53,125 bases of DNA from Oscillospiraceae bacterium. GTDB lineage: Bacteria > Bacillota > Clostridia > Oscillospirales > CAG-272. This document shows, piece after piece, positions 34,432 through 44,843 of this stretch. Location: NCBI GenBank assembly GCA_015063795.1, contig SVTL01000015.1:1-53125 (forward strand), given 5' to 3'. Within the stretch, counting starts at the first letter, position 1. The number at the start of each line of letters is the position of its first letter. The translations under genes and the position numbers were made by a program. The notes under the pieces were generated by a model that was given only the letters and a program-made list of their open reading frames with translations, searched no databases and was not told the DNA's origin.

Positions 34432-35076
34432 TTATGCTTTCTTTTTCATCTCCGACCGACACAGATCGGACAGCGGACACTCTTCACACAGCGGTCTCTG
34501 CGCGCGACAGACGTCACGGCCGAACAGCACGAGACGGTGGCAGAAATCGTTCTGCTTATCGGGAGCGATCCGCCCTTTCAAAATCCTCTCCACCTTCGGC
34601 GCGTCCTTGGTGCCCTCCTCGCAGTAGCCGAAGCGTCCTGCCAGCCGCATACAATGCGTATCGGCCACGATGGCGGGCTTGCCGTACACGTCTCCCACGA
34701 TCAGATTGGCGATCTTCCGCCCCACACCCGGGAAGGTGAGCAGCGTATCGATGTCGTCGGGCAGGATGCCGTCATATTCATCCCGCAGCTTTTCGCAGGC
34801 GGCCTTGATGTCCCTCGCCTTGGTGCGGAACAGACCGCAGGGACGAACGATCTCCTCCAGTTCGGAAAGGTCACAGTCGGCCAGCTCGGACAGCGTGGGG
34901 TACCGCTCAAAGAGGACAAGCGAGATCTCGTTCACCCGCTTATCGGTGCACTGGGCCGACAGACGGCTCATGACCAGCAGCTTCCACGGCTCACCCTCGA
35001 AATGGAGTCCGCAGAGAGCCTCGGGGTACAGCGCCTCCAGCCGGGCGACCAGCTCTTCGTCAAAGCTTCGCTTCAT
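34432..35076 (-). CDS. nth: Endonuclease III
   Basis: HhH-GPD (LTFPGVGRKIANLI) and a [4Fe-4S] motif CxxxxxxCxxCxxxxxC at the C-terminus. Confidence 0.9.
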   Translation of the reverse strand: MKRSFDEELVARLEALYPEALCGLHFEGEPWKLLVMSRLSAQCTDKRVNEISLVLFERYPTLSELADCDLSELEEIVRPCGLFRTKARDIKAACEKLRDEYDGILPDDIDTLLTFPGVGRKIANLIVGDVYGKPAIVADTHCMRLAGRFGYCEEGTKDAPKVERILKGRIAPDKQNDFCHRLVLFGRDVCRAQRPLCEECPLSDLCRSEMKKKA

Positions 35077-36326
35077 CGGATCTGACCGCTGCCGTCGATG
35101 AGGAACTTGTCGGTGGTCAGCGCATACATCCCCATCGGACCGCGGGCGTGCAGCTTCTGGGTGGAAATGCCGATCTCGGCGCCCAGACCGAACACATTGC
35201 CGTCGGTAAAGCGGGTGGAGGCATTCACATACACCGCCGCCGAATCGATGCCTTTCTTGAACGCATCGGCCGAAGCCAGACTTGTGGTGACGATGGCCTC
35301 GCTGTGGTGGGTGGAATAGCGGTTGATGTGGGCGATTGCCTCCTCAAGGTCCCTGACCACCTTCACGCCGATGATATAATCGTTGTATTCGCGCCACAGA
35401 TCGTCCTCGGTCATGGGGAGAGCATCGGGCAGAATGGCGCAGACCTGCTCACAGCCGCGGATCTCTACGTTTTCAGCCTTGGCGCGCTCGGCAAAGCGGG
35501 GGAGGAACTCTTTTGCGATCGCTTCATGCACCAGCAGCTTTTCTAAGGAATTGCAGACCGACGGACGGCTGATCTTGGCCGACACCGACAGCTTCAGCGC
35601 CATGTCCATGTCCGCGTCCTTTTCAATGTACATATGGCAGTTGCCCGCGCCCGTTTCGATGACCGGCACACGCGCCGCTTCCACCACGCTCTTGATCAGT
35701 CCGGCGCCGCCGCGGGGGATCAGCACATCCACATATTCGCGGAGCGTCATCAGGCGGTTGGCATACTCGCGCTCGGTGCGCTCCACCAGCGAGATCGCAT
35801 TTTCGTCCATGCCGTTTTCCTTCAGCACGCCGCGCATCAGACTCACCAGCGCCTTGTTGCTACAGATCGCCTCCTTACCGCCGCGGAGGATGACCGCATT
35901 GCCCGTTTTCAGGCAGAGGGCGGCCGCATCCACGGTCACGTTGGGACGGGCTTCATAGATGATGGCCACGCATCCCAGAGGAGCGCGGACATGCGAGATC
36001 TTCAGCCCGTTGGGGCGGACGATGCATTTCCCCGAGCCGATGGGATCGGCCAGACGGATCAGCTCGCGCAGGGAGGAGGCAATGCCGCCGATGCGCGCCT
36101 CGGTCAGGCGGAGGCGGTCCAGCATGGTCTTGGGCAGACCGTTTTCATCCGCGGCCGCCAGATCCTTTTCGTTTTCCTTCAGCAGATAGTCGGTGTTTTG
36201 CTCCAGCGCCGAAGCGATCTTTTCCAGCAGATCGTCCTTGACGGCGGTGGGCAGAGAGGCCAGCGCATAGGACGCCTTCTTCGCGCCCGCACAAAGTTCG
36301 AGAAGATACGATTCTTCGTAAGCCAT
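35073..36326 (-). CDS. proA: Gamma-glutamyl phosphate reductase
   Basis: Full-length ProA-like ALDH-family protein with a catalytic Cys (VCNSLEKLLV). Overlaps nth by 4 nt. Confidence 0.9.
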   Translation of the reverse strand: MAYEESYLLELCAGAKKASYALASLPTAVKDDLLEKIASALEQNTDYLLKENEKDLAAADENGLPKTMLDRLRLTEARIGGIASSLRELIRLADPIGSGKCIVRPNGLKISHVRAPLGCVAIIYEARPNVTVDAAALCLKTGNAVILRGGKEAICSNKALVSLMRGVLKENGMDENAISLVERTEREYANRLMTLREYVDVLIPRGGAGLIKSVVEAARVPVIETGAGNCHMYIEKDADMDMALKLSVSAKISRPSVCNSLEKLLVHEAIAKEFLPRFAERAKAENVEIRGCEQVCAILPDALPMTEDDLWREYNDYIIGVKVVRDLEEAIAHINRYSTHHSEAIVTTSLASADAFKKGIDSAAVYVNASTRFTDGNVFGLGAEIGISTQKLHARGPMGMYALTTDKFLIDGSGQIR

Positions 36327-36373
36327 GGGGGGTACTCCTTTTTTCGTTGAAATCGGATGGATCTGTTTTTGTC

Positions 36374-37165
36374 TTACTGCTTGGGCTCGGCGGCGAAGTA
36401 GGTGCCCACGTGTCTTCCCTCGATCAGCTCATAAATGACCTCGGGATCGGCACCGTTGATGATGAACATGGGAATGGCCGCCTGCGTGACGATGCCCGCC
36501 GCCTTCAGCTTGGTGGCCATACCGCCCGTACCGCGGTCGCTTCCCACGCCGCCGCCCAGCGCCATGACCTCCTTGACGTCGGAGACGGTATCGATCCGCG
36601 TGGCGTTGGGATCCTTGCGGGGATCGGCGGTATACAGACCGTCCACGTCGCTGAGGTTGATGAGCACATCCGCCCCCGACACGCAGGCTACATACGCCGA
36701 GAGCGTATCGTTTCCGCCGAACTTCACGCCATCGTAAGAAACCGAGTCGTTCTCGTTGACGATGGGCACGCATCCCATTTCCAGCAGGGTGCGGAAGGTG
36801 TTTTCCACGTTCTCGCGGGAGACAGCATTGTCAAATGTATCCTTGGTCATCAGGATCTGAGCGACCGTGTGTCCGTAATCCGAGAAAAAGCGCTCGTACA
36901 CACCCATCAGCTCGGCCTGCCCCACAGCGGCCAGGGCTCTCTTTTCGTCAACCGTTGCCTTGTGGTCGGTCATACCGATCTTCGCCCGTCCCGCACTGAC
37001 CGCGCCCGAGGAGACCAGCACGATCTCCCGTCCGCCGTTTTTCAGGTCAGACAGCACCCGCACCAGCTTTTCCATCCGATGCAGGTTCAGCCGTCCGTTG
37101 TCATAGGTCAGAGTGGACGAACCGATCTTGAATACGATCCGCTTTGCGTCTTTTACGATGTTCAT
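36374..37165 (-). CDS. proB: Glutamate 5-kinase (short form, no PUA domain)
   Basis: Amino-acid kinase fold (KIGSS...VSSGAV). Lies upstream of proA. Confidence 0.9.
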   Translation of the reverse strand: MNIVKDAKRIVFKIGSSTLTYDNGRLNLHRMEKLVRVLSDLKNGGREIVLVSSGAVSAGRAKIGMTDHKATVDEKRALAAVGQAELMGVYERFFSDYGHTVAQILMTKDTFDNAVSRENVENTFRTLLEMGCVPIVNENDSVSYDGVKFGGNDTLSAYVACVSGADVLINLSDVDGLYTADPRKDPNATRIDTVSDVKEVMALGGGVGSDRGTGGMATKLKAAGIVTQAAIPMFIINGADPEVIYELIEGRHVGTYFAAEPKQ

Positions 37166-37361
37166 ATGGGTAACCTTTCCGGTGTTTGATATTGTAAATT
37201 TTTATAAAAGTCTTTCCATTTTCGCAGAAATGTTTTATAATATATCTATTATAGTCAATTGGAGTCGAAATTTCAAGAGAATCCGAAAAAGAATCCGAAA
37301 AATTCTCGGAATTTTCTCTCAAAACACAAAAACCATTCACTTCCGAAAAAGGAGACGACAT

Positions 37362-37799
37362 ATGAACATCCCCTTCGTTAAGCTGCGCGAGAATGCGCAC
37401 GAACCGATTTACGCCACCAAAGGAGCCGCCGCTGCCGATCTGCGTGCCGCGATCCCGGAAGAGATCGAGCTTCAGCCCGGTCAGCGGATGATCGTCCCCA
37501 CCGGTCTTGCCATCGCCCTGCCCGAAGGATTTGTGGCTCTTCTCTTTGCCCGCAGCGGACTGGCCGCCAAGCACGGGATCGCCCTTGCCAACAGCGTCGG
37601 CGTCATCGACAGCGATTACCGCGGCGAGATCGGAGTCGCTCTGATCAATCTGGGAAGCGCCCCCTACCGCATCCAGCCCGGCGAGCGCATCTGCCAGATG
37701 ATGGTCCTCCCTATTTCGCAGGCCTGCTTTGCTGCCGTTTCCGCTCTCCCCGAAAGCGAACGGGGCGAGGGCGGCTTCGGATCGACCGGCAAGCAGTAA
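37362..37799 (+). CDS. dut: dUTP diphosphatase
   Basis: The five dUTPase motifs (AAAADLRA, ARSGLA, GVIDSDYRGEI, ...GGFGSTG). SD AAGGAG. The upstream track extension is unsupported. Confidence 0.85.
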   Translation: MNIPFVKLRENAHEPIYATKGAAAADLRAAIPEEIELQPGQRMIVPTGLAIALPEGFVALLFARSGLAAKHGIALANSVGVIDSDYRGEIGVALINLGSAPYRIQPGERICQMMVLPISQACFAAVSALPESERGEGGFGSTGKQ

Positions 37800-37829
37800 A
37801 GACAAGAACAAAAAAGGATACACCATACT

Positions 37830-38396
37830 ATGATCGTTTTGGCATCCAAATCCCCCCGCCGTCAGCAATTGATGAAGGAGGCGGGAATCGACTATGTGCT
37901 CAAGGTCCGCGACACCGACGAATCCCACGACGAATCGATGGGCGCAGAGGAGCTGGTGAAAATGCTGGCCGAGCGAAAGGCCGACGCCGTCCGTCCCCTC
38001 TGCAGCGAGGAAGACATCATCATCTCTGCCGACACGGTAGTCGCCTGCGAGGGCAGAATCCTCGGCAAGCCCGACGGATATGAGGGCGCGCTTTCCATGC
38101 TCGCTTTTCTCAGCGGACGGGAACAAAGCGTGTTCACCGGCGTCTGTATTTGGGGAGCGGGCAAAAAGGTCGTCTTTGCCGACGAGAGCGTGATCGTCTT
38201 CCGTGAGCTGAGCGAGGAGGAGATCCGCCGCTATGTGGAGGACGAAGAGCCCTATGACAAGGCCGGTGCCTATGCCGTCCAGGAGGGCGGAGGACACTTT
38301 GTCCGCGAGATGCGCGGCGATTACAACAATGTGGTCGGCCTGCCCGTGGACCGCGTGAAAAAAACGCTGCAGGAAGAATTCGGTTACAAAGGATAA
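37830..38396 (+). CDS. maf: Maf-family nucleoside triphosphate pyrophosphatase
   Basis: LASKSPRRQQLM N-terminus and GLP motif. Conserved position upstream of mreB. Confidence 0.85.
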   Translation: MIVLASKSPRRQQLMKEAGIDYVLKVRDTDESHDESMGAEELVKMLAERKADAVRPLCSEEDIIISADTVVACEGRILGKPDGYEGALSMLAFLSGREQSVFTGVCIWGAGKKVVFADESVIVFRELSEEEIRRYVEDEEPYDKAGAYAVQEGGGHFVREMRGDYNNVVGLPVDRVKKTLQEEFGYKG

Positions 38397-38402
38397 CACA
38401 TC

Positions 38403-39428
38403 ATGAAAAGAAGCATTGGCATCGATCTCGGTACCTCCAATACCCGCTTATATCTGAAAGGCAAGGGGATCGTTCTCCGCGAGCCGTCGTATGTGGCCAT
38501 CGACACCCACTCGTATAAGGTGCTGGCCGCCGGCAAGGAAGCGTATGACATGATCGGACGTACCCCCGGCGACATGGCCACCTTCCGCCCCCTGCGTGAG
38601 GGCGTTATTGCCGACTTTGACGTGGCGGTGACCATGCTCCGTCTCTTCATCGAAAAGGCGGTGGGCAGTCTGTCGCTCAACCAGTGCCGCACCATTCTCT
38701 CGGTACCCGAGGGGGTGACCGAGGTGGAAAAGCGCGCTGTGGAGGAGGCCGCTCTGGAGGCAGGCGCTGTCAGCGTGGCGCTGATCGAATCGCCTGTGGC
38801 AGCCGCTCTCGGCGCCGGGCTCCCCATCACCGAGGCCAGAGGCAACATGGTGGTGGATATGGGCGGCGGTATCACCGAAGCGGCGGTCATCAGCATGGGC
38901 AACATCGTGTTGTCCGATTCGCTCCGCATCGGCGGGAGCCAGCTGGATGACGCCATTTTCACCTACATAAAATACAACCGCAACATCCTCATCGGCGAAC
39001 AGGCTGCCGAGGAATTGAAGATCGAAAACGGCTCGGTGTTTGAGGGGCGCAGCAAGGACGATGCCGACATCCGCGGCCGCAATTTGATCAGCGGTCTGCC
39101 CGCTGTGTCCAGAATCACCAGCGACGAGCTGCGCGAAGCCATGAGCGAGCAGGTGGACCGTATGGCCGAGGGGATCTGCCGCGTTCTCGAGCAGACGCCT
39201 CCCGAATTGGCCAGCGATATCTACGACGGCGGCATCACCCTTGTGGGGGGCGGCGCCATGCTCTGCGGCTTTTCCGACCTGCTCAACAAGCGGACCGGCA
39301 TCCGCATTCACGTCGCTCCCGCCGCAGAGGACTGCATCGTCAACGGCATCGGAACTCTGCTTGACAACGAAAGCGCAGGCAATTCCCTGCTCTCCTTCCG
39401 TTCGCGTCCGAGGCGCAGCTTCTTATGA
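38403..39428 (+). CDS. mreB: Rod shape-determining protein MreB
   Basis: Actin-fold ATPase motifs (IGIDLGTSNT, DMGGGITE). Confidence 0.9.
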   Translation: MKRSIGIDLGTSNTRLYLKGKGIVLREPSYVAIDTHSYKVLAAGKEAYDMIGRTPGDMATFRPLREGVIADFDVAVTMLRLFIEKAVGSLSLNQCRTILSVPEGVTEVEKRAVEEAALEAGAVSVALIESPVAAALGAGLPITEARGNMVVDMGGGITEAAVISMGNIVLSDSLRIGGSQLDDAIFTYIKYNRNILIGEQAAEELKIENGSVFEGRSKDDADIRGRNLISGLPAVSRITSDELREAMSEQVDRMAEGICRVLEQTPPELASDIYDGGITLVGGGAMLCGFSDLLNKRTGIRIHVAPAAEDCIVNGIGTLLDNESAGNSLLSFRSRPRRSFL

Positions 39429-40261
39429 AGTACCTGTTGAAAAGCAAAGCGGTGATCTTTGTGTTCACCGTTGCGGTGATCCTCGTCGCCGCCTCCGCCG
39501 TGCTGTCGGCCACGGGGCGCGCTTCGCTCATCAAAAACGCGGCAGCCACCGTCATCACCCCCATTCAGAACGGCTTTGCCTACTGCGTGCGTGCCATCGA
39601 CGGCTTCGCCGAGCGCTTCACCGCCTACGACGAGCTGAAAAGCGAAAACGAAAGCCTGAAGGCCCGCCTCGCCGAGCAGGAGGAGGAGCTGTACGCGGCA
39701 AAAAAACTGATCGTCGAAAACGAATACCTGAAGGAATATCTGGAATTAAAGGACACGCAGAGCCATCTTGAGCTGGCACAGGCCTCGGTCATCGGCCGTG
39801 AGAGCGGCAACTACATGACCGTCTTTACGCTCAACAAGGGCTCGCTGCACGGCATCAAGCCGAATATGCCCGTCATCGATGGCAACAACGCCGTGGGCTA
39901 CATCACCGAGGTGGGCGTCAACTGGTCGAAGGCAGTCACGCTGATCGAAACAGCCTCCTCCGTGGGCTGTTACGTGGAGCGCACGGGGGATCTCGGTGTC
40001 TGCGAGGGCGACTTCTCCTACAAAAAGGAGGGCGTCTGCCGCCTGACCTATCTGCCCTATGACGCCGACATTCAGCAGGGCGACCGCATTCTCACCTCAG
40101 GGCTGAGCGACATCTACCCCGACGGTCTTGTGATCGGCTACGTGAAAGACATCCTCCCCGATGAGACCAGACGCGAGATCCATGCGCTGATCGAAACGGC
40201 AGCCGATCTGTCCGAGCTGCGCGAGGTGATGATCATCACCGGACGGGAGAAGGACGCATGA
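39425..40261 (+). CDS. mreC: Rod shape-determining protein MreC
   Basis: N-terminal TM helix, coiled coil, and a beta-rich C-terminus. Overlaps mreB by 4 nt. Confidence 0.85.
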   Translation: MKYLLKSKAVIFVFTVAVILVAASAVLSATGRASLIKNAAATVITPIQNGFAYCVRAIDGFAERFTAYDELKSENESLKARLAEQEEELYAAKKLIVENEYLKEYLELKDTQSHLELAQASVIGRESGNYMTVFTLNKGSLHGIKPNMPVIDGNNAVGYITEVGVNWSKAVTLIETASSVGCYVERTGDLGVCEGDFSYKKEGVCRLTYLPYDADIQQGDRILTSGLSDIYPDGLVIGYVKDILPDETRREIHALIETAADLSELREVMIITGREKDA

Positions 40262-40776
40262 GCGCGCGCAGAGAGACGGTGCTCACCGCCGTCAGATACG
40301 GTCTTTCGCTTCTCCTGCTGCTTCTGCTGCAGACCGTCGTTCTTCCCATGCTCCCCCTTGGCATTTTCCCCAACCTGCTTCTGCCCGCCGTCATCGCCGT
40401 TGCGCTCATCGAGGGCTACGAGGGTGGTATGCTCTTTGCTCTTTTCGCGGGGCTGTTCGGCTGGGCGCTGGGCGAGACCGGCTTCTCGGTCCTCCCTTTG
40501 TTTTACGTCACCGTCGCATTTTTTGCCGGCTTTCTCTCCGAGCAGTTTGATGCCGGGCGGAAATGGCCGGTCTTTGCCCTGCTCAATGCGCTCTTCTGCG
40601 CTTGCGGCGGGCTGTTTACCCTCTTCCGCATCGTGGCCACCTGGACCGGCTACGATCTTTTGACCGTGCTGAAAGACGTGATCTGGCCCGAATGCCTCTT
40701 CACCTATCTGCTCTCCTTTCCCATCTCCCTGTTCTTCGTTCTGCTCAAAGGAAGACGCAGGCAGAAAAAACATTGA
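40258..40776 (+). CDS. mreD: Rod shape-determining protein MreD
   Basis: Polytopic membrane protein of 172 aa. Conserved position after mreC. Confidence 0.8.
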   Translation: MSARRETVLTAVRYGLSLLLLLLLQTVVLPMLPLGIFPNLLLPAVIAVALIEGYEGGMLFALFAGLFGWALGETGFSVLPLFYVTVAFFAGFLSEQFDAGRKWPVFALLNALFCACGGLFTLFRIVATWTGYDLLTVLKDVIWPECLFTYLLSFPISLFFVLLKGRRRQKKH

Positions 40777-40811
40777 CCATCTCCACTCACCACACAAAAG
40801 GAACTGCCGCC

Positions 40812-42815
40812 ATGAACGACTCCCCCACTCCCTTCCGAAAAAAAGCACGCATCGTCTTCTTGGGCGTGTTTTTTCTGCTGGTCTGTCTGCTGTATGTCTC
40901 CCGTCTGGTGAATATGCAGATCGCCAACCCGGAGTTTTTTGCGGGCAGCGGACGTACCTATACCGAAAAAGCCGTCATTCAGGCCGTCCGCGGCGAGATC
41001 TTTGACCGCAACGGCAACAAGCTGGCCGCCAACGAATACCATTACGACTTAGCCTTTGACCAAACGCTTCTGCCCAAACAGGAGGAGACGGTCAATGCCT
41101 CTCTCGATGCGCTTTTTACTCTTTTGAGCAGGCAGGGCCGGGCGGATCTGCTTCTGCCCTCCCTCTCGCGCAACGATGCTTTTTATGCCTTCCTTTCCCA
41201 AAACGGTCTGGAAAAGGACATCCTCACCAAGGATCTTATGGCCTTTCTCTTTGAGCGGTACGCCATCGACGAGGCCCTTCCCTGCCGCAAGGAGATCGCT
41301 CTGATCCGCTACGAATGGGAGACCTCCCACAAAAACACCGAATCGCCCTACCCGCTTCTGTCCGATCTTGATGTTTCGCTGATCGGCGTGCTGGAGGAGG
41401 CCGACATCCGCGGGCTCACCATTCTCAAGCGCGTTGTCCGCGTCTATCCCTACGCCGGCTATGCCTCCCACGTGCTGGGCACCACCGGCAAGATCCATCG
41501 GGAGGATCTGGCGTATTACAGCGAGCTGGGCTATCCCATGGACGCCATCGTGGGCGTCAGCGGCGCGGAAAAGGCCTTTGAATCGATCCTGCACGGAAGT
41601 GACGGCGCACTCACGCTGACGCTGGACAAGAACGGGCGCATCATCGATCAGAAGGTGACCAAGGAGCCCGTTGCCGGGCAGGACGTGTATCTGACGCTGG
41701 ATATCGAGCTGCAGATCGCAGCCGAAAAGGCTCTGGCGGAAAACATCGAGTCCATCCGCACCAAGGGGCTGAACAGCGGTAAGGCTCTCAACGGCGACGA
41801 CTGCCGCACGGGTGCTCTGGCCGCGGTCGATCCGCGCGACAACAGCATTCTGGTGCTGGCCTCCTACCCCTCCTATGATCTGAACACCTATTACAGCGAC
41901 TATGCTTCGCTTCTGGCCGATCCCGACACCCCTCTGCTCAACCGTTCGCTGTCCGGCACCTATGCCCCCGGCTCGGTGTTCAAGCCCGCCGTGGCTGCCG
42001 CTGCACTGGAGAACGGGATCATCACCCCCTATGACCGCATCGACGACACCGGCGTTTACGATTACTATGCGCCCAGCTACTCCCCCCGCTGTTGGTATTA
42101 TTCCTACTACGGGCGCGGGCATGGCGAGCAGAATGTGACCGACGCGATCATGAATTCCTGCAACTATTTCTTCTACGACATCGGCCGCCGTCTCGGCATC
42201 GAGCGCATGAACGCCTACTGCAAGCAGCTGGGGCTGGGACAGGCCACCGGCATTGAGCTGTATGAGGAAAAGGGTACGCTGGCCGGTCCCGAATCCCGCG
42301 AGATCAGCGGTCTCGGCATCTGGAATCCGGGCGATACCCTGCAGGCCGCCATCGGTCAGATCGAAAATGCGTTCACGCCCCTGCAGCTGTCGGTGTATAT
42401 GTCGGCTCTGCTGAACGGCGGCAGACGCTATGAGGCGCATCTGTTCGACCATGCCGCCACCTTCTACCGCGGCGAAGTCACGTCCGACCACCAAACGCAG
42501 GTGCTCAGCCAGGCACAGATGAGCGAAAGCACCGTGTCGGTGATCAAAAACGCCATGAAGAGCGTTATGGAGGACGGTACCGCCTCCCGTCTCTTTGCCG
42601 ACTACGAGATCGCCACGGGCGGTAAAACGGGTACGGCGCAGGTCTCCGCGAAGAAGAGCAACAACGCCGTTCTCTCGGTCTTTGCCCCCTTCGATCAGCC
42701 CGAGATCGTGGTCACCTGCATCATCGAGCAGGGCGTGAACGGTACCGACGCCGGCCCCTCGGTCAAGGCCGTTCTCGACCGTTATTTCTCCGTGGGCGCC
42801 TATGCAGAGGAGTAA
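40812..42815 (+). CDS. mrdA: Penicillin-binding protein 2 (peptidoglycan D,D-transpeptidase)
   Basis: N-terminal TM anchor, a dimerisation domain and a transpeptidase domain. Start MNDSPTPF with SD AAGGA. The track ORF start at 40563 overlaps mreD. Confidence 0.85.
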   Translation: MNDSPTPFRKKARIVFLGVFFLLVCLLYVSRLVNMQIANPEFFAGSGRTYTEKAVIQAVRGEIFDRNGNKLAANEYHYDLAFDQTLLPKQEETVNASLDALFTLLSRQGRADLLLPSLSRNDAFYAFLSQNGLEKDILTKDLMAFLFERYAIDEALPCRKEIALIRYEWETSHKNTESPYPLLSDLDVSLIGVLEEADIRGLTILKRVVRVYPYAGYASHVLGTTGKIHREDLAYYSELGYPMDAIVGVSGAEKAFESILHGSDGALTLTLDKNGRIIDQKVTKEPVAGQDVYLTLDIELQIAAEKALAENIESIRTKGLNSGKALNGDDCRTGALAAVDPRDNSILVLASYPSYDLNTYYSDYASLLADPDTPLLNRSLSGTYAPGSVFKPAVAAAALENGIITPYDRIDDTGVYDYYAPSYSPRCWYYSYYGRGHGEQNVTDAIMNSCNYFFYDIGRRLGIERMNAYCKQLGLGQATGIELYEEKGTLAGPESREISGLGIWNPGDTLQAAIGQIENAFTPLQLSVYMSALLNGGRRYEAHLFDHAATFYRGEVTSDHQTQVLSQAQMSESTVSVIKNAMKSVMEDGTASRLFADYEIATGGKTGTAQVSAKKSNNAVLSVFAPFDQPEIVVTCIIEQGVNGTDAGPSVKAVLDRYFSVGAYAEE

Positions 42816-42853
42816 GATACGGCAAGGCGAAAATGAAATAATCTTTAATTTTC

Positions 42854-42882
42854 TTGACAAAAAAACCAAACAAGTGTATACT
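42854..42882 (+). promoter_or_regulatory. Promoter TTGACA-17-TATACT
   Basis: Consensus boxes about 45 nt upstream of the zinc-ribbon membrane protein gene. Confidence 0.6.
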
Positions 42883-42931
42883 AAATAAAGAAAGCATCCC
42901 CATATTCTACATTTTTCAGGAGGAAACCGCC

Positions 42932-43399
42932 ATGAAAGTATGTCCGAAATGCAACTCGCAGCTGGATGACAGCATCCTGTTCTGCCCCAATTGCGGCGCC
43001 GCTCAGAACGCGCAGCAGCAACAGCATCAGCAGCCCTATACGCCCTATGTCGATCCCAACGACCGCACCGCCGAATTCGATGCCAAGGATATCTCCGAAA
43101 ACAAGGTGATCGCCATGGCGCCCTACCTGCTGGGCTGGATCGGCATTGTTGTGGCGCTTCTTGCCGCCGGCCAGTCCAAGTTTGCCTCCTTCCATGTCCG
43201 TCAGGCTCTGAAGATCGAGATCGTCTCCGCTCTTCTCGGACTCTGCGCCGCAGTTCTGGTCTGGACCTTCATCGTTCCTGCAGCTGCCGGCATCGCCGCC
43301 ATCGTCCTGCTGGTGGTGAAGATCATCTGCTTCTTCAACGTCTGCAGCGGCAAGGCCAAGGAAGCGCCCATCGTCAGCTCGCTGAAGTTTTTGAAATAA
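42932..43399 (+). CDS. Zinc-ribbon plus DUF4870-like membrane protein (155 aa)
   Basis: MKVCPKCNSQLDDSILFCPNCG zinc ribbon, a Gln-rich linker, then two TM helices. SD AGGAGG. Confidence 0.65.
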   Translation: MKVCPKCNSQLDDSILFCPNCGAAQNAQQQQHQQPYTPYVDPNDRTAEFDAKDISENKVIAMAPYLLGWIGIVVALLAAGQSKFASFHVRQALKIEIVSALLGLCAAVLVWTFIVPAAAGIAAIVLLVVKIICFFNVCSGKAKEAPIVSSLKFLK

Positions 43400-43413
43400 T
43401 CGGCACAGGCAAA

Positions 43414-43450
43414 ACAATCCCCGCTCCTTTGATGAAGCGGGGATTTTTCA
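43414..43450 (+). terminator. Rho-independent terminator
   Basis: Hairpin aatccccgct...agcggggatt followed by TTTTT. Confidence 0.75.
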
Positions 43451-43490
43451 TGTTTCTGTTTTTTACCGTCGGAGGCAGCCGCGCGGTGGC

Positions 43491-44777
43491 TTACTCCTCT
43501 GCCTTCTTGTCCTTCTTGCCCTTGCCGAAGCTCAGCTTCTTGGGGAAGAGCGAACGGTCCACGATCAGCGTCAGCACGATGCCGATCACGATCGCAACGG
43601 TCAGATCAAAGAGAATGGTGGACACCATGGTCACCGAGAAGACGATCATGGACGTAATCAGACGGTTCTTGAAGATGTGTCCGATGGTCTCCCACTCGTT
43701 CATACGCCAGGCGGTGACGATCAGCACACCGGCCAGCGAGGCCAGCGGGATACGGGACATAACGGGAGCGAGCACCAGCATGGAGACCAGCAGGAAGACC
43801 GCGTGCAGAATGCCGGCCAGACGGGTTTTCGCACCCGACTTGATGGCAACGCTGGTTCGGGCAATGGCCGCCGTGGAGGGGATACCGCCGAAGAACGGAA
43901 GCACCGCATTGCTGATGCCCTGAGCCACCAGCTCACGGTCGTTGTCCAGCATCTTGCCGGTCATGCGCCCTGCCGAAGCGCCGCACAGAAGGCTTTCGAT
44001 CATGCCGAGAGCGGCGATGCTGATCGCAGGGGAGATGAATGCCCCGATCTGAGACAGATTGAGAGACGCGAGGCTGAAGCGATCCTCGGAGATGATGGTC
44101 TGCGGAATGGCACCCACCGAGGGAACGTCGATGTCAAAGATCATGCAGACCGCCGTGGCCAGAATGATCGAGACCAGAGAGGAGGGCATGACCGCATTCC
44201 ACTTCTTCGGATAGGCAAACATAAACACGATCACGCAAAGACCGAAGAGGATGGAGGTCAGCTTGGGCGAGAAGCCCACGGTGAAATAGGACGCGATCTT
44301 TTCCAGCGTGGACGAGCCGACCGAGGTGACACCGAAGAAGTTGTCCAGCTGGCCGAGCGCGATGATCAGCGCGATGCCCGACGTGAAGCCCGCAATGACC
44401 GGTCCGGGGATAAAGGAGGCCAGACGCCCGACCTTGAAAATGCCCATCAGGATCAACAGGATGCCGGCCATAAACGTAGCGGCAAACACGCCCTGGATGC
44501 CGTAGGTGGCCACCAGCGACATCAGAATCGCCGCCATGGCTCCCGTAGGACCCGAGATCTGGTAGAAGGCGCCGCCGAGAGCGCAGGTGAGGCAGCCGGC
44601 GATGATGGCGGTGATCAATCCCGCCGAGGCTGTGGCGCCGCTGCTGACGCCGAAAGCCAATGCCAGAGGAAGCGCCACCGCACAGGTGGTCAGGCCCGCC
44701 ATCAGGTCCTTGGTAAAGGCTGACAGACCGTAGCCGCTGAATTCCTCTTTGAGATCTTTCGCAAATTTACGAATCAC
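43491..44777 (-). CDS. SulP-family anion transporter (no STAS domain; 428 aa)
   Basis: Sulfate-transporter TM core (GLTTCAVALPLALAFG...). No C-terminal STAS domain. Confidence 0.8.
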   Translation of the reverse strand: MIRKFAKDLKEEFSGYGLSAFTKDLMAGLTTCAVALPLALAFGVSSGATASAGLITAIIAGCLTCALGGAFYQISGPTGAMAAILMSLVATYGIQGVFAATFMAGILLILMGIFKVGRLASFIPGPVIAGFTSGIALIIALGQLDNFFGVTSVGSSTLEKIASYFTVGFSPKLTSILFGLCVIVFMFAYPKKWNAVMPSSLVSIILATAVCMIFDIDVPSVGAIPQTIISEDRFSLASLNLSQIGAFISPAISIAALGMIESLLCGASAGRMTGKMLDNDRELVAQGISNAVLPFFGGIPSTAAIARTSVAIKSGAKTRLAGILHAVFLLVSMLVLAPVMSRIPLASLAGVLIVTAWRMNEWETIGHIFKNRLITSMIVFSVTMVSTILFDLTVAIVIGIVLTLIVDRSLFPKKLSFGKGKKDKKAEE

Positions 44778-44843
44778 AAAGGTGTCCTCCGTGTTTGATT
44801 GATATAAAATTCAAGGCCTCAGGGGTCTTTGAAAAAGCATGCC

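Noticed and set aside
37165-37361. Tandem gaatccgaaaaa x2 and the small inverted repeat tccga-aaaattc-tcgga between proB and dut as a regulatory element
   Set aside because: The stem is short (5 bp) and there is only a two-unit tandem. This is plausibly chance in an AT-rich divergent promoter region and was not called as a feature.
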